Below, one piece after another: positions 49,317 to 59,697 of a stretch of 64,000 bases of DNA. Made by a program: the position numbers and the translations under genes. The DNA comes from Patescibacteria group bacterium (GTDB lineage: Bacteria > Patescibacteriota > Minisyncoccia > JAHIHE01 > JAGLIN01). Each line of letters begins with the position of its first letter. The first letter of the stretch is position 1. The DNA lies in contig JAHYJV010000001.1 of NCBI GenBank assembly GCA_019428855.1, positions 14,885 through 78,884 of the forward strand. The letters are read 5' to 3'. The notes beneath the pieces are model-generated. The model was given only the letters and a program-made list of their open reading frames with translations. It was not told the origin of the DNA and made no database searches.

Positions 49317-49513
49317 GTTTTTTTAGTGTAAAAAATATTGCCAAGCATTTTACTCTGAGCAGGCCGACAATTTCTCATCATCTACATTTAATGAAGTGGT
49401 CTAGACTTTTGGTTTCAAGAAAAGATGGTCAAGAGGTTTATTATTTTTTTAATACGCATTATGTAAAAAAATTTATGAAAGTAATTAATGATAGTTTAAA
49501 TTCTTGTTACTGA
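49268..49513 (+). CDS. Truncated ArsR/SmtB-like wHTH (recognition helix and wing only)
   Basis: IAKHFTLSRPTISHHLHLMKWSRLLVSRKDGQEVYY resembles the ArsR core (S.PTVSHHL..L..AGLV..R.G..VYY). The first helix is missing and the track ORF overlaps the SOR 3' end, so it is possibly a remnant. Confidence 0.3.
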   Translation: MGSQEENYFISWKRGIGFFSVKNIAKHFTLSRPTISHHLHLMKWSRLLVSRKDGQEVYYFFNTHYVKKFMKVINDSLNSCY

Positions 49514-49567
49514 ATGTTTATTAAAAAAATATTTAATGTATATAATTTATTGGTAATCTTATAAAAT

Positions 49568-51418
49568 ATGACAAAAAAGAAAATTATTATAATCATAGTT
49601 GTCTTAGTAATTTTGATAATTGCTTTTTTGGGTTTTTCAAAAAAACCAGAAGTGAAATATACCACAGTAAAAGTTGAGCAAGGGTTTGTTTTGCAAACTG
49701 TTTCAGCGACCGGAACGGTGGAGGCGGCGACCAAGCTTGATTTACGATTTGTAAATTCTGGAAAAATTGAGCAGATTAATGTGAAAGTGGGAGATAAGGT
49801 GGAAAGTAAAACGGTTCTGGCACAGCTTGATACAAGTCAATTAAATTCTCAACTTGCTAGGTCAAAGGCTAGCTTGAGTGCTGCCAATGCTAATTATAAT
49901 AAACTCGTTACCGGAGCAATCGCCGAGGATTTACAGATTTCTCGAACGGCCGTTGATAATGCCCAGATTACTTTGAATAGTGCTAATCAAAATTTGGCGG
50001 ATGTTCAAATTGGTGGACAAAAGGATATTGATAACTCCAGTTCGTCGTTAAATAGCACACAAGTGTCGCTTGATAATGCTAATTTAAGTTTAGAAAATGT
50101 TAAAATTTCTAATGAAAATAATCTCAATCAAGACTATGACGATGCTTGGGATGTGGTCAATTCTTCGCTTTTGACGATGTTTGATGCTTTAAATACAAAT
50201 AAAACCACGCTTGATTATGAAGATGCACAAGATACTTTGAGCGTGCTCAATACTCAATATCTCAATTATTCATCTCAAAGTAAGATTGTGGCTCAGAATT
50301 CATATAATGATGCTCGGGATTATTTAGATAGTATGCGAGATAATCGATCTTTTGAGAATATTGATGAAGCTCTTTTGAAAACAAAAAATGCCCTTGAAGA
50401 TGTGAGAGATACTTTGGGCGACACTGGCAATGTTTTGAGTTCAACTATTACTTCTTCACAGCTTTCACAGACTGAATTAGATTCTTTGAAATCTAGCATT
50501 TCATCATCTAGAGCAAGCATAAATACGACTATTTCTAATGTTACAACTGCAACTCAGAATATAGCCACTCAAAAAGTAGCAAACCAAACCAATCTCAATA
50601 ATGCCCAAGCCACCGTGAGTTCTGCTGAAAGCTCCTTGACTGTGGCCAACAATTCTTTATCGGCTGTCAAATCTTCTGTCGACATTAAAATAAATGCAGC
50701 ACAAAATACCATTAAATCGGCCGAAGGAGCTTTGAAACAGGCACAAGATCAGTTGGCTTTTAAGATGGCAGGTCCGAGTTCTTCTGATATGCAATTATAT
50801 CGAGCTCAAATTCAAGAAGCACAAGCAAGTGTAAATATGATTCAGAGTCAAATTAATGATTCAATTTTGTATGCACCGCGAGATGGCGTTATAACTGTGA
50901 TAAACGGGGAAATAGGGGAGGCTGTTAATTCAGCAATGACATTTATCTCTTTGATAACTGACGAGAATTTTGAAATTAAGGCTAATATTTCTGAGGTTGA
51001 TATTTCAAAAATAAAAATCGATGATGTCGTTGAAATTAATTTTGATGCTCTTGATCCTGATGAGAAGTTTGAAGGAACAGTTGTCAGTATTGATCCAGCG
51101 GAAACAGTAATTTCAGGAGTGATATATTATAAATTGACCACGATGTTTACAGGTGATGGAAAAATTATTAAACCTGGAATGACTGCTAATCTTGATATTA
51201 TGACTGCGAGAAAAGATAATGTGGTAAAAATTCCTTTTCAAGCTCTCAAGAATAAGGATGGGCAGAAATATGTGCAAGTTCTTGAAGGCGAAGTGGCTCG
51301 TGATGTTATTGTCGAAGTTGGACTTCGGGGAGATCTTGATTTGGAAATTACAAGCGGATTACAAGTGGGACAAGATGTGGTGACTTTTATGGAAGAATAT
51401 AAAAGAAAACAACCATAA
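49568..51418 (+). CDS. Periplasmic adaptor (HlyD/MacA-family membrane fusion protein), unusually long
   Basis: N-terminal TM helix, biotinyl/lipoyl-like motifs, a very long S/T/N-rich alpha-helical hairpin and a C-terminal beta-barrel region. It sits upstream of a MacB-type ATPase and permeases. Confidence 0.7.
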   Translation: MTKKKIIIIIVVLVILIIAFLGFSKKPEVKYTTVKVEQGFVLQTVSATGTVEAATKLDLRFVNSGKIEQINVKVGDKVESKTVLAQLDTSQLNSQLARSKASLSAANANYNKLVTGAIAEDLQISRTAVDNAQITLNSANQNLADVQIGGQKDIDNSSSSLNSTQVSLDNANLSLENVKISNENNLNQDYDDAWDVVNSSLLTMFDALNTNKTTLDYEDAQDTLSVLNTQYLNYSSQSKIVAQNSYNDARDYLDSMRDNRSFENIDEALLKTKNALEDVRDTLGDTGNVLSSTITSSQLSQTELDSLKSSISSSRASINTTISNVTTATQNIATQKVANQTNLNNAQATVSSAESSLTVANNSLSAVKSSVDIKINAAQNTIKSAEGALKQAQDQLAFKMAGPSSSDMQLYRAQIQEAQASVNMIQSQINDSILYAPRDGVITVINGEIGEAVNSAMTFISLITDENFEIKANISEVDISKIKIDDVVEINFDALDPDEKFEGTVVSIDPAETVISGVIYYKLTTMFTGDGKIIKPGMTANLDIMTARKDNVVKIPFQALKNKDGQKYVQVLEGEVARDVIVEVGLRGDLDLEITSGLQVGQDVVTFMEEYKRKQP

Positions 51419-51475
51419 GGCTGTTTTGAGGTTTATATTTATTTGTTGCTAGATAATGAGAGATTATTTTGCTCA

Positions 51476-51621
51476 TTATTTAGAAAGAGCTTTTCTTGAA
51501 CTTTCACAAACAGAACATTCTTTTTGGTCAAGTATAACCTTTGAATCTTTTGGCAGATCGTTTTTTATTATTCCCCGTCCGCCACATACATCACATTTTT
51601 TGTAGTGCTTTTCTCATCCAT
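51476..51621 (-). pseudogene. Small double-CxxC zinc-ribbon ORF apparently frameshifted in an A6 run
   Basis: Shine-Dalgarno AAAGGAGGGG precedes ATG GAT GAG AAA AGC ACT ACA AAA AAT GTG A, with a stop after 17 codons. With one extra A the frame reads MDEKSTTKKCDVCGGRGIIKNDLPKDSKVILDQKECSVCESSRKALSK. Confidence 0.3.
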
Positions 51622-52257
51622 TGAAATAACCCCTCCTTTTTGATTTTATGTATAAAGAGTTTATCATAAATCCTATAGATGTTAATATTTGGAAATAAAA
51701 AAAGGAGAATAACTATTTATTGTTTAATTTATAATTCTTCAAATTTTTTTCTACTGGTTTGGGGATCATATTTGTTTCGCCATTAATTATTTTGGTAACA
51801 TCCCTTACTAGTATTCTTTGACAAATTCTTTCTCCTAGACTAGTACAAGTCTGAATGCATAGAATTACCAAATCTTTTGGATTCAAGAAAATTGTTTGCC
51901 TTAACAACACTGTGGGGCAAGTCGACAATGAATCACAAGCCGAAAATAGTTTACAGTAAGTTACTTCTCCAAGTGGGCATTCATTTTAAACCAACTATAG
52001 TTTTTATATGCCTAGCAAAACTGCAGTCGGTTCGTTGATGGCATGTTTATATATGGTCTCCACTGTTTTCGCATTTTGTTATGCAATTACAATCATCAAC
52101 CCATTTTGTCATATTTATTCCTCGTGTTATTTTAGGCTTGTATACCTTAATAACTTTTGTAATATTATCAAAAGTTTAATATAAAAAAAATATAAATGTT
52201 AATGTCAATGTCTTGTCGCGGTTTAACTATTTCTACTAGTTATTTAATATTAAATTT

Positions 52258-52983
52258 ATGTCAATTTTAATTAGAACTCAAAATCTTGCAAAAGATTATG
52301 TCACTGGCGACATTATAACCAGCGTCTTGAAGGGGGTTTCTTTTGAAATTCAGCAAGGGGAGTTTGTTTCTATTATGGGTTCATCGGGATCTGGGAAATC
52401 AACCTTGATGTATATTTTGGGATTTTTAGATATGCCGACCAGTGGAGCATATTTTTTTGAGGGTTTAGATACATCAAAACATGACGAGGATAGGTTGGCA
52501 GAATTTCGTAATGAAAAAATTGGTTTTATATTTCAGTCATATAATTTGCTTCAAAGAACATCAGTTTTAGATAATGTTCTTTTGCCATCGACATATTATG
52601 TGGGGGGTGATTTAAAGAAAGCCGAAGTCGAAGCACGAAAACTTTTAGAAAGAGTAGGACTGGGTCATAGGATTGATCACAGACCGAATCAGCTCTCAGG
52701 TGGTGAACAACAAAGAGTTGCCATTGTTCGTGCTTTAATAAATAATCCACAATTGATTCTGGCTGACGAGCCAACTGGAAATTTGGACAGTAAATCTGGA
52801 GAAGAGATTATGGATATTTTGCAGGATTTAAACAAGGAAGGAAAAACTATCATTATGGTAACCCACGAGCAATATACAGCAGAATGTGCAAAAAGAATCT
52901 TACACATCAAGGATGGTTTGATTATTAGTGATGACAGAGTCGGCTCACAAAGATTGGCAGTTAATGGAGATTTTAAAAAGTAG
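52258..52983 (+). CDS. ABC transporter ATP-binding protein (MacB/LolD-type)
   Basis: Walker [10 protein letters not shown], signature [15 protein letters not shown], Walker [13 protein letters not shown]. Confidence 0.9.
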   Translation: MSILIRTQNLAKDYVTGDIITSVLKGVSFEIQQGEFVSIMGSSGSGKSTLMYILGFLDMPTSGAYFFEGLDTSKHDEDRLAEFRNEKIGFIFQSYNLLQRTSVLDNVLLPSTYYVGGDLKKAEVEARKLLERVGLGHRIDHRPNQLSGGEQQRVAIVRALINNPQLILADEPTGNLDSKSGEEIMDILQDLNKEGKTIIMVTHEQYTAECAKRILHIKDGLIISDDRVGSQRLAVNGDFKK

Positions 52984-53035
52984 TCAGTATTAAGTATCAA
53001 TTATTAAGCAAGACGACATCGGTACTACTTTATAC

Positions 53036-54289
53036 TTGATACTCGTTACTTTTTTTATGAACATAGCTCAAACTATTAAATCATCTCTTGTAAATTTAGC
53101 CGTAAACAAATTTCGGTCTTTTTTGACGATGTTAGGAATGATTATTGGAGTTGGTTCTGTAATTGCAATAATGTCCATTGGAGCAGGAGCACAAAGTTTG
53201 ATTTTTAATGAAATTACATCCTTCGGCACAAATTTAGTTGGAGTTATTCCGGGAGGAAGTGAAGAGGGTGCTCCTCCAGCTGCGATGATGGGTGTTATGA
53301 TAACTACTCTAACTTATGAAGATGCGAAGGCAATTGGCAATATTCCCCATATTCTGGCTGTAACACCCTATTCCAATGGGAATGCTAATCTTTCTTATGG
53401 TGACAAAACGAAAAATGCAGGTTTTGTGGGAGTTTCCTCACAATATCTTGGAGTAGAAGAAAACAAAGTCAGTCAAGGCCGATTTATTTCTGCCGCGGAA
53501 GACGAAAGCACCACGAGGATTGTCGTTTTAGGTTCGGAGATTAAAGAAGCTTTATTCGGTGAAAATAATCCTATAGGAGAGAGAATTAAAATAGATCAAA
53601 CAAGTTTTGTGGTTGTGGGAGTTATGGAGAAAAAAGGTTCTTCTTTAGTAGCAAATAGAGATAAGAATGTTTTTATTCCTGTAAAAACGGCACAGAAAAC
53701 TTTGCTAGGAGTTAATCATGTTGGACTGATTAGAGTGAAAATTGATGATGAAAAAAAAGCACCTCTAGTAATTAGTGAAATAAAAAAGCTTTTGCAACAG
53801 AGACATAATATTAAAGACCCTAAGAAAATTGATTTCACAGTTCAGAGTATGAGCCAGGCACTTGATATGATTGGAACGGTGACGGATGCCTTGAACGCAT
53901 TTCTGGGTGCAATCGCGGCAATTTCACTTTTGGTTGGGGGAATTGGAATTATGAATATTATGCTTGTAAGTGTAACAGAAAGAACCAGGGAAATTGGACT
54001 TCGAAAGGCATTGGGTGCAAAAAGAAAAAATATCATAAGTCAATTTTTGACTGAGTCGATTGTCATTACTTTTATAGGTGGTTTGATTGGTATCGTTGGA
54101 GGTTCTCTTTTTGCAGCTATTATTGCTGTAGGTGTGCAATATTGGGGATATGATTGGGATTTAGTAATTACTTCTTTTTCTGTAATTCTTTCTTTTTCTA
54201 TCGCAGTTATAATTGGACTTCTTTTCGGAATTTATCCTGCTAAAAAAGCGGCTAGTCTCAATGCAATTGAAGCACTAAGACATGAATAG
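53036..54289 (+). CDS. ABC transporter permease, FtsX/MacB-type (N-terminal TM, large extracytoplasmic domain, three C-terminal TM)
   Basis: C-terminal GIGIMNIMLVSVTERTREIGLRKALGA motif typical of MacB/LolCE permeases. Confidence 0.8.
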   Translation: MILVTFFMNIAQTIKSSLVNLAVNKFRSFLTMLGMIIGVGSVIAIMSIGAGAQSLIFNEITSFGTNLVGVIPGGSEEGAPPAAMMGVMITTLTYEDAKAIGNIPHILAVTPYSNGNANLSYGDKTKNAGFVGVSSQYLGVEENKVSQGRFISAAEDESTTRIVVLGSEIKEALFGENNPIGERIKIDQTSFVVVGVMEKKGSSLVANRDKNVFIPVKTAQKTLLGVNHVGLIRVKIDDEKKAPLVISEIKKLLQQRHNIKDPKKIDFTVQSMSQALDMIGTVTDALNAFLGAIAAISLLVGGIGIMNIMLVSVTERTREIGLRKALGAKRKNIISQFLTESIVITFIGGLIGIVGGSLFAAIIAVGVQYWGYDWDLVITSFSVILSFSIAVIIGLLFGIYPAKKAASLNAIEALRHE

Positions 54290-54737
54290 AATCTGGAGCT
54301 CAGACTTCAGCAAATAGTTCTTGGAGCTTAGACTTTAGTCTGTAAGATTCTGAAGTCTAGGATTTAATTCGTAATTTACAGGTTGAAACCTGAAATCCAG
54401 TTTGAGATTAATGGGAGAAAAGAGGCAATAAAAAAAGACAGACTTGGTTAGAGTGCTGTCAAGCTCTTTTCCAGAATTATTCTACAAGGATAATTCTGGA
54501 AGGCTTTCCGACCCGAATGTGAGCCATGATCCAAAACTATACCAATAAGCTCTTTTGTAGCATTTGTGTTTTGCAAAATCTAAACAAACATGAAATTGAA
54601 TAACCGAAGCTACTATTAATCCTAGTACTATTATTTCCTTCATTTTTCTTTTTCTCCAATTTAACTCTACTTCATCTGAGATAGGTCATAGCTGCTTTAC
54701 TATAACAAAGCAATCTAATACACACATATATATCTTT

Positions 54738-55997
54738 ATGTCAAGACTGCCAATTAAAACTCTCAAACTCGCCATTGTCGGATTAAAGGCGAATATGACT
54801 AGGACAGCCCTTTCGGTGCTGGGTATTGTGATTGGAGTGGCGGCGGTGATTGTGATTGTTTCAGTCGGTCAGGGATTAAAAGTTTTAATTGTCAATCAGA
54901 TTAGTGTGTTTGGAGATAATATGATGAGCGTGCAAGTTAAAATTCCAGGAAGTGATTACAGATCTTCAATGCAATCAATGGTTGAAGGAACGGTGATTAC
55001 CACGCTGAAATATGAGGATGTTGAGGCGGTGAGAGATAAAGAAAGATTTCCCTACATCAAATCGGCTTCTGGTTATGCGGCGGGAATGGATTGGGCAACT
55101 TATCGGGAAAAAGAGAAACAGGTGATGATTATTGCCAGTGATGCCTTTTATCCTGATATTGATGGACAACTCAAAATTGCTACGGGGCGATATTTTTCCA
55201 GTGAAGAAGAAAGGGGTATAGTTAGGGTCGTTGTAATTGGGAGTAAGATTGCTGATGATTTTTTTCGAGGAGAAAATCCAATCGGCAAGCAGATTAAAAT
55301 CAAACAGATTGGTTTCAAAGTAATTGGAGTGATGCAAGAAAGAGGACTTGTGATGACAATGGATTGGGACACAATGGTTTATATCCCTTTAAAAACTTCC
55401 CAAAAACTTATTACCGGAGTTGATCATCTACTTGAGTTTGCCATGGTTATGGAAGATGATCAACATTTTGCACAGGCAGAAGTGGAAATTACGCAGTTGC
55501 TCCGCCAGCGACATAATATTGATGACCCTGCGAAAGATGATTTTGAAATTATGTCAATGGATCAAATAATTAAAATTGTTAATACGGTAACAAGTGTGAT
55601 TTCTCTGTTATTGGGTTTGCTGGCGGCGATTTCATTGATTGTCGGAGGGGTTGGGATTATGAATATTATGTTAGTTATTGTCACAGAAAGAACATGGGAA
55701 ATTGGACTTCGAAAATCAGTCGGTGCCAAGCGAAAGGATATTTTAAATCAATTTGTGACAGAAGCGGTATTGATATCAGTCCTGGGGGGAATTATTGGTA
55801 TAATAGTCGGAATTACAGTTTCTTTTGTTATCACAATTGCTGTCAGGGCATATGGCTTTGACTGGCCGTTTGTCATTTCAATGGAAGCAATAATTATCGC
55901 ATTTTTGACGGCCGCATTTTTTGGGATTGTATTTGGTTGGTATCCAGCGAAAGAAGCTGCAAAATTAAACCCAATAGATGCATTAAGGCAGGAGTAG
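54738..55997 (+). CDS. ABC transporter permease, FtsX/MacB-type, paralog of 53036-54289
   Basis: Same architecture, with VGIMNIMLVIVTERTWEIGLRKSVGA. Confidence 0.8.
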   Translation: MSRLPIKTLKLAIVGLKANMTRTALSVLGIVIGVAAVIVIVSVGQGLKVLIVNQISVFGDNMMSVQVKIPGSDYRSSMQSMVEGTVITTLKYEDVEAVRDKERFPYIKSASGYAAGMDWATYREKEKQVMIIASDAFYPDIDGQLKIATGRYFSSEEERGIVRVVVIGSKIADDFFRGENPIGKQIKIKQIGFKVIGVMQERGLVMTMDWDTMVYIPLKTSQKLITGVDHLLEFAMVMEDDQHFAQAEVEITQLLRQRHNIDDPAKDDFEIMSMDQIIKIVNTVTSVISLLLGLLAAISLIVGGVGIMNIMLVIVTERTWEIGLRKSVGAKRKDILNQFVTEAVLISVLGGIIGIIVGITVSFVITIAVRAYGFDWPFVISMEAIIIAFLTAAFFGIVFGWYPAKEAAKLNPIDALRQE

Positions 55998-56552
55998 AGT
56001 TTTTGGAAGTTTTTTTGGATTTTAGGCTTTAATTATTTTTTAAAAAAAGAAAATATTAATTATATTTAAGAGTAAGAAAGTAGAAGACATCTATTGTAGA
56101 AATGCTAAATGAAATTATTCAATGACAAAAAGAGAAAAAATAAGATAATCAACAAAGTATATTCCCTATAATGCCAAAAATATTTAATATCATGCAAAAC
56201 CAACAATGAAAAAACTAATAATAAAAAATTATAAATTCTAATTTTGACAGTACAAATTTTGACAATCCTGAGTATATCTGATAATATGAAATTACATAAT
56301 TAAATAGTTAATTTTGATTGAAAGATATTGTTGATAATCTAGATAAAATCATATGTCGTTACTTTATAGCTTTAAAATACAATTAATCGCCTTAATTTAT
56401 ACTAATAATGGTTCTTTACATAAAAGAGACTTTTAGTGAGTCTTTTTAATATTAGTATGGATTAAAAATGATAATACATTTTAAAAAAGGTAGACAAGTA
56501 GATTCTAGATTATACATCGGTATTTGATCGATTGATTTAGAGGAAATATAAA

Positions 56553-58082
56553 ATGAATGAAATACAAATAATGATTGGTTTGCTTGTAGCTTTTAGTGTG
56601 GGTGCTATGATAGGATATTTAGGTAGGCAGTTTCTGGCAACAAAACAAATGGAAACTGCAGAAGGAAAAGTTAACAAGATTTTAAGTGATGCCAAAAATC
56701 AGGCAGCAGAAATTTCGTTGAATGCCAAAAACAAGGCTGTCAAAATTTTAGATGATGCCAAGAATGAAGAGATGGAAAGAAATAGACAAGTAAATCGAAA
56801 TGAACAAAGGCTGGTAAGTAAGGAAGAAAATTTAGAAAAGGAAAAAATAGAAATTGAGAATCAAAAAGTAATACTTCAGGGAAAGGGCAAACAAATTTTG
56901 AAAATCAAGGATGATATTGAAAATATTAAGCAAGAGCAAATAAAAAAATTAGAAGAAATTGCTGATTTAGATCAAGAAGCTGCTAAACAAATTATTCTTG
57001 AAAAGGTTGAGCAAGTTCACAAAGAAGAAGTGATCAAGAAAATCAAGGATCTTGAAGAAGAAGGTCAAGATGTTCTCAAGGCGAAAGCAAATGATATTAT
57101 TGTGCAGGCTATTCAAAGATATTCTGGAGCACATACAGCTGAAACTACGACTTCAAATGTTTCTTTGCCAAGTGATGAAATGAAAGGAAGAATTATTGGT
57201 CGAGAGGGAAGAAATATAAAAGCCCTAGAACAGGCAACTGGAGTGGAGATTATTATTGATGACACTCCTCAGACAATTATTGTTTCTGGATTTGATCCGA
57301 TTAGAAGGCAGGTTGCTAAGCTGTCGTTGGAAAAACTTATGCTAGATGGCAGGATTCATCCAGCTCGAATCGAAGAGATTGTTGATGAAGTCAAAAAAGA
57401 GATAATTGAGACAGTAAAGCATGCTGGACAGGTTGCTGTTTCAGATGTAGGTGTGGTTGGATTTAATCAAAAACTGGTTCAACTAATTGGAAGATTGAAA
57501 TATAGAACGAGTTATGGTCAAAATGTTTTAATTCATTCAATTGAAGTTGCTCATTTATCAGCGTCTATTGCTTCTGAGCTTGGTGCAAATGTTACAGTTG
57601 CCAGAAAGGCTGGGCTGCTTCATGACATCGGTAAGGCAGTTGACCATGAGATTCAAGGAACTCATGTTGAAATTGGTAGAAATATATTAATTAAATTTGG
57701 AATCTCAGAAGATATTATCAAAGCGATGCAGTCGCATCACGAAGATTTTCCTTTTGAAACGACAGAGTCAGTGATTGTGCGAGTTGCAGATGCAATTTCA
57801 GCTTCTCGTCCTGGTGCTAGAAAAGATTCTCTGGAGAATTATTTGAAGCGCTTGGAAGAGCTTGAAGGTATTGCAAATTCCTTTGAAGAGGTTGAGAAGT
57901 CCTTTGCGATTCAGGCTGGGAGAGAGATTCGTGTGTTTGTGACGCCAGAAAAGATTGATGATTTAGGAGCTGTAAAGATTTCAAAAGATATTGCAAAGAA
58001 AATTGAAGAGACTCTGAATTATCCTGGAGAAATTAAGGTTCATGTTATCAGAGAAACGAGGGCTATCGATTATGCCAGATAA
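56553..58082 (+). CDS. rny: Ribonuclease Y
   Basis: N-terminal TM helix, coiled-coil, KH domain (GRIIGREGRNIKALE) and HD domain (LLHDIGK). Confidence 0.9.
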   Translation: MNEIQIMIGLLVAFSVGAMIGYLGRQFLATKQMETAEGKVNKILSDAKNQAAEISLNAKNKAVKILDDAKNEEMERNRQVNRNEQRLVSKEENLEKEKIEIENQKVILQGKGKQILKIKDDIENIKQEQIKKLEEIADLDQEAAKQIILEKVEQVHKEEVIKKIKDLEEEGQDVLKAKANDIIVQAIQRYSGAHTAETTTSNVSLPSDEMKGRIIGREGRNIKALEQATGVEIIIDDTPQTIIVSGFDPIRRQVAKLSLEKLMLDGRIHPARIEEIVDEVKKEIIETVKHAGQVAVSDVGVVGFNQKLVQLIGRLKYRTSYGQNVLIHSIEVAHLSASIASELGANVTVARKAGLLHDIGKAVDHEIQGTHVEIGRNILIKFGISEDIIKAMQSHHEDFPFETTESVIVRVADAISASRPGARKDSLENYLKRLEELEGIANSFEEVEKSFAIQAGREIRVFVTPEKIDDLGAVKISKDIAKKIEETLNYPGEIKVHVIRETRAIDYAR

Positions 58083-58125
58083 TTCAAACTGACTATGCTA
58101 AGAATTAAGTATTAAATATTAAGCA

Positions 58126-58923
58126 ATGAATATTTTATTTTTTGGAGATCTTGTAGGAAGGTCAGCCAGGAACATCTTAAAGCAGATTTTGCCAGAAATG
58201 AAAAAAAAATATAACATTGACCTTACCATTGCTAATGGTGATAATTTAGCACATGGAAAGGGAGTAACGAAAAATACGCTTCAGGAAATAAAAGAGTATG
58301 GGATTGATATTATAACTTGTGGTGATCATACCTGGGATACTTCCCAGGCAATCGAAATATTAAAGAGCAGTGAGTTTAACTTTATCTGTCCAGCAAACTA
58401 TCCCATCTTAGATCTTAAGAAAGGTTATAAAATCATTAAAATTAAGTCTAAGAAGGTTTTAGTTATAAATTTGATTGGCAGGGTTTTTCTAAAAGATCAT
58501 CCTGATTGTCCATTTCGTGCTGTTGATAAAATCCTCAAAGATAATAAAGAAAAATTTGATATAGCGATAGTTGATTTTCATGGCGAGGCGACAAGTGAGA
58601 AAAGAGCTCTTGGTTTATATTTAGACTCAAGAGTTTCTTGTTTTTTGGGAACACATACACACATTCAAACTGCTGATGAGCAAATCTTTCCAGGAGGAAC
58701 AGCCTATATTTCCGATGTTGGAATGGTTGGTCCGAATGATTCTGTTTTGGGCTGTAAAAAAGAATTTGTGATAGAGCAAATGCAAAATCAAACTAAATTT
58801 TGCTATCAAATTAGTGAGGACAAAAATATTTTGATTGGGGCGGTGGTCGTTGAAATTGATGATAAAAAATTAGTAGCAAAAAATATTTTGCGTATAAATG
58901 AGGTTGTAAAAAGTTCTGTTTGA
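58126..58923 (+). CDS. ymdB: YmdB-family metallophosphoesterase (2',3'-cyclic-nucleotide phosphodiesterase-like)
   Basis: MNILFFGDLVGR..IANGDNLAHGKG..GDHTWD motifs, and rny-ymdB synteny. Confidence 0.8.
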   Translation: MNILFFGDLVGRSARNILKQILPEMKKKYNIDLTIANGDNLAHGKGVTKNTLQEIKEYGIDIITCGDHTWDTSQAIEILKSSEFNFICPANYPILDLKKGYKIIKIKSKKVLVINLIGRVFLKDHPDCPFRAVDKILKDNKEKFDIAIVDFHGEATSEKRALGLYLDSRVSCFLGTHTHIQTADEQIFPGGTAYISDVGMVGPNDSVLGCKKEFVIEQMQNQTKFCYQISEDKNILIGAVVVEIDDKKLVAKNILRINEVVKSSV

Positions 58924-59034
58924 AAAAATTTGCCTTATTTCAGCTCTTTGTATATAATGATGATATTAGCTATAATATAAAATATTTTGTTTTTTAAAAG
59001 TATATAAATAATTAAATCCTTATTAAGAAAGGAG

Positions 59035-59319
59035 GTGTATCAAATGACAAAAGATGAATTAATAGAAGTTGTTTCTGCAAAGACTGATTCTTCAAAAAAA
59101 GACACAGAAAGGACCGTTAATGCAGTTTTAGAGTCAATCACAAAAGCACTCGTTGATGGTGATAAGGTTGCTTTTACAGGTTTTGGAACATTCAGTGTTA
59201 ACAGAAGAGAGGCAAGAACAGGGGTTAATCCTCAACATCCAGAGCAAAAGATTCAAATTCCTGCAATGAATGTACCAAAATTTAAAGCTGGAAAAAGCTT
59301 GAAGGATGCTGTAAAATAA
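59035..59319 (+). CDS. hup: DNA-binding protein HU
   Basis: MTKDELIEVVS...GFGTFSVNRREARTGVNPQHPEQKIQIPA. The likely start is the ATG at 59044, after a GGAGGTG Shine-Dalgarno sequence. Confidence 0.9.
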   Translation: MYQMTKDELIEVVSAKTDSSKKDTERTVNAVLESITKALVDGDKVAFTGFGTFSVNRREARTGVNPQHPEQKIQIPAMNVPKFKAGKSLKDAVK

Positions 59320-59337
59320 TTTTTTATGTAAAATAAA

Positions 59338-59367
59338 AATTCCCTAAATTATATTAGGGAATTTTTA
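59338..59367 (+). terminator. Terminator after hup (TTCCCTAA-N6-TTAGGGAA + T-run)
   Basis: Read directly. Confidence 0.5.
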
Positions 59368-59697
59368 TTGACATAAGTCTGTTTATTAGAAAAAAGGTTC
59401 TTTGTCAAAATTTGTGGTGGTTAAGCATCGAAGTGGAACAAATGCTGATATAACCTTGGCTATATAATTTTGTCTGAAAGAAATGAGTAATTTAATAGTT
59501 CTTCTGGCTGGAGCGATAGCGGAGTGGAGTTTTACTGAAAACGCCGTGCTGTGAAATTACGGTCAAATTTTAGCTCTCGTAACATTTGACACTCCTGGAA
59601 ATTTGATTGTGCTTAGTTGGGGATTAATATCGGTAAAGATTTAGTAAGTCAAAGAGAGACTACTAATATCCTCTCGTCACTCTAGACAACATTTGAA

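Noticed and set aside
49507-55372. Shadow ORFs in the efflux locus (49507-49734 -, 50262-50520 -, 52526-53000 -, 53842-54139 -, 54975-55372 -)
   Set aside because: Antisense to clearly supported MFP, ATPase and permease genes.
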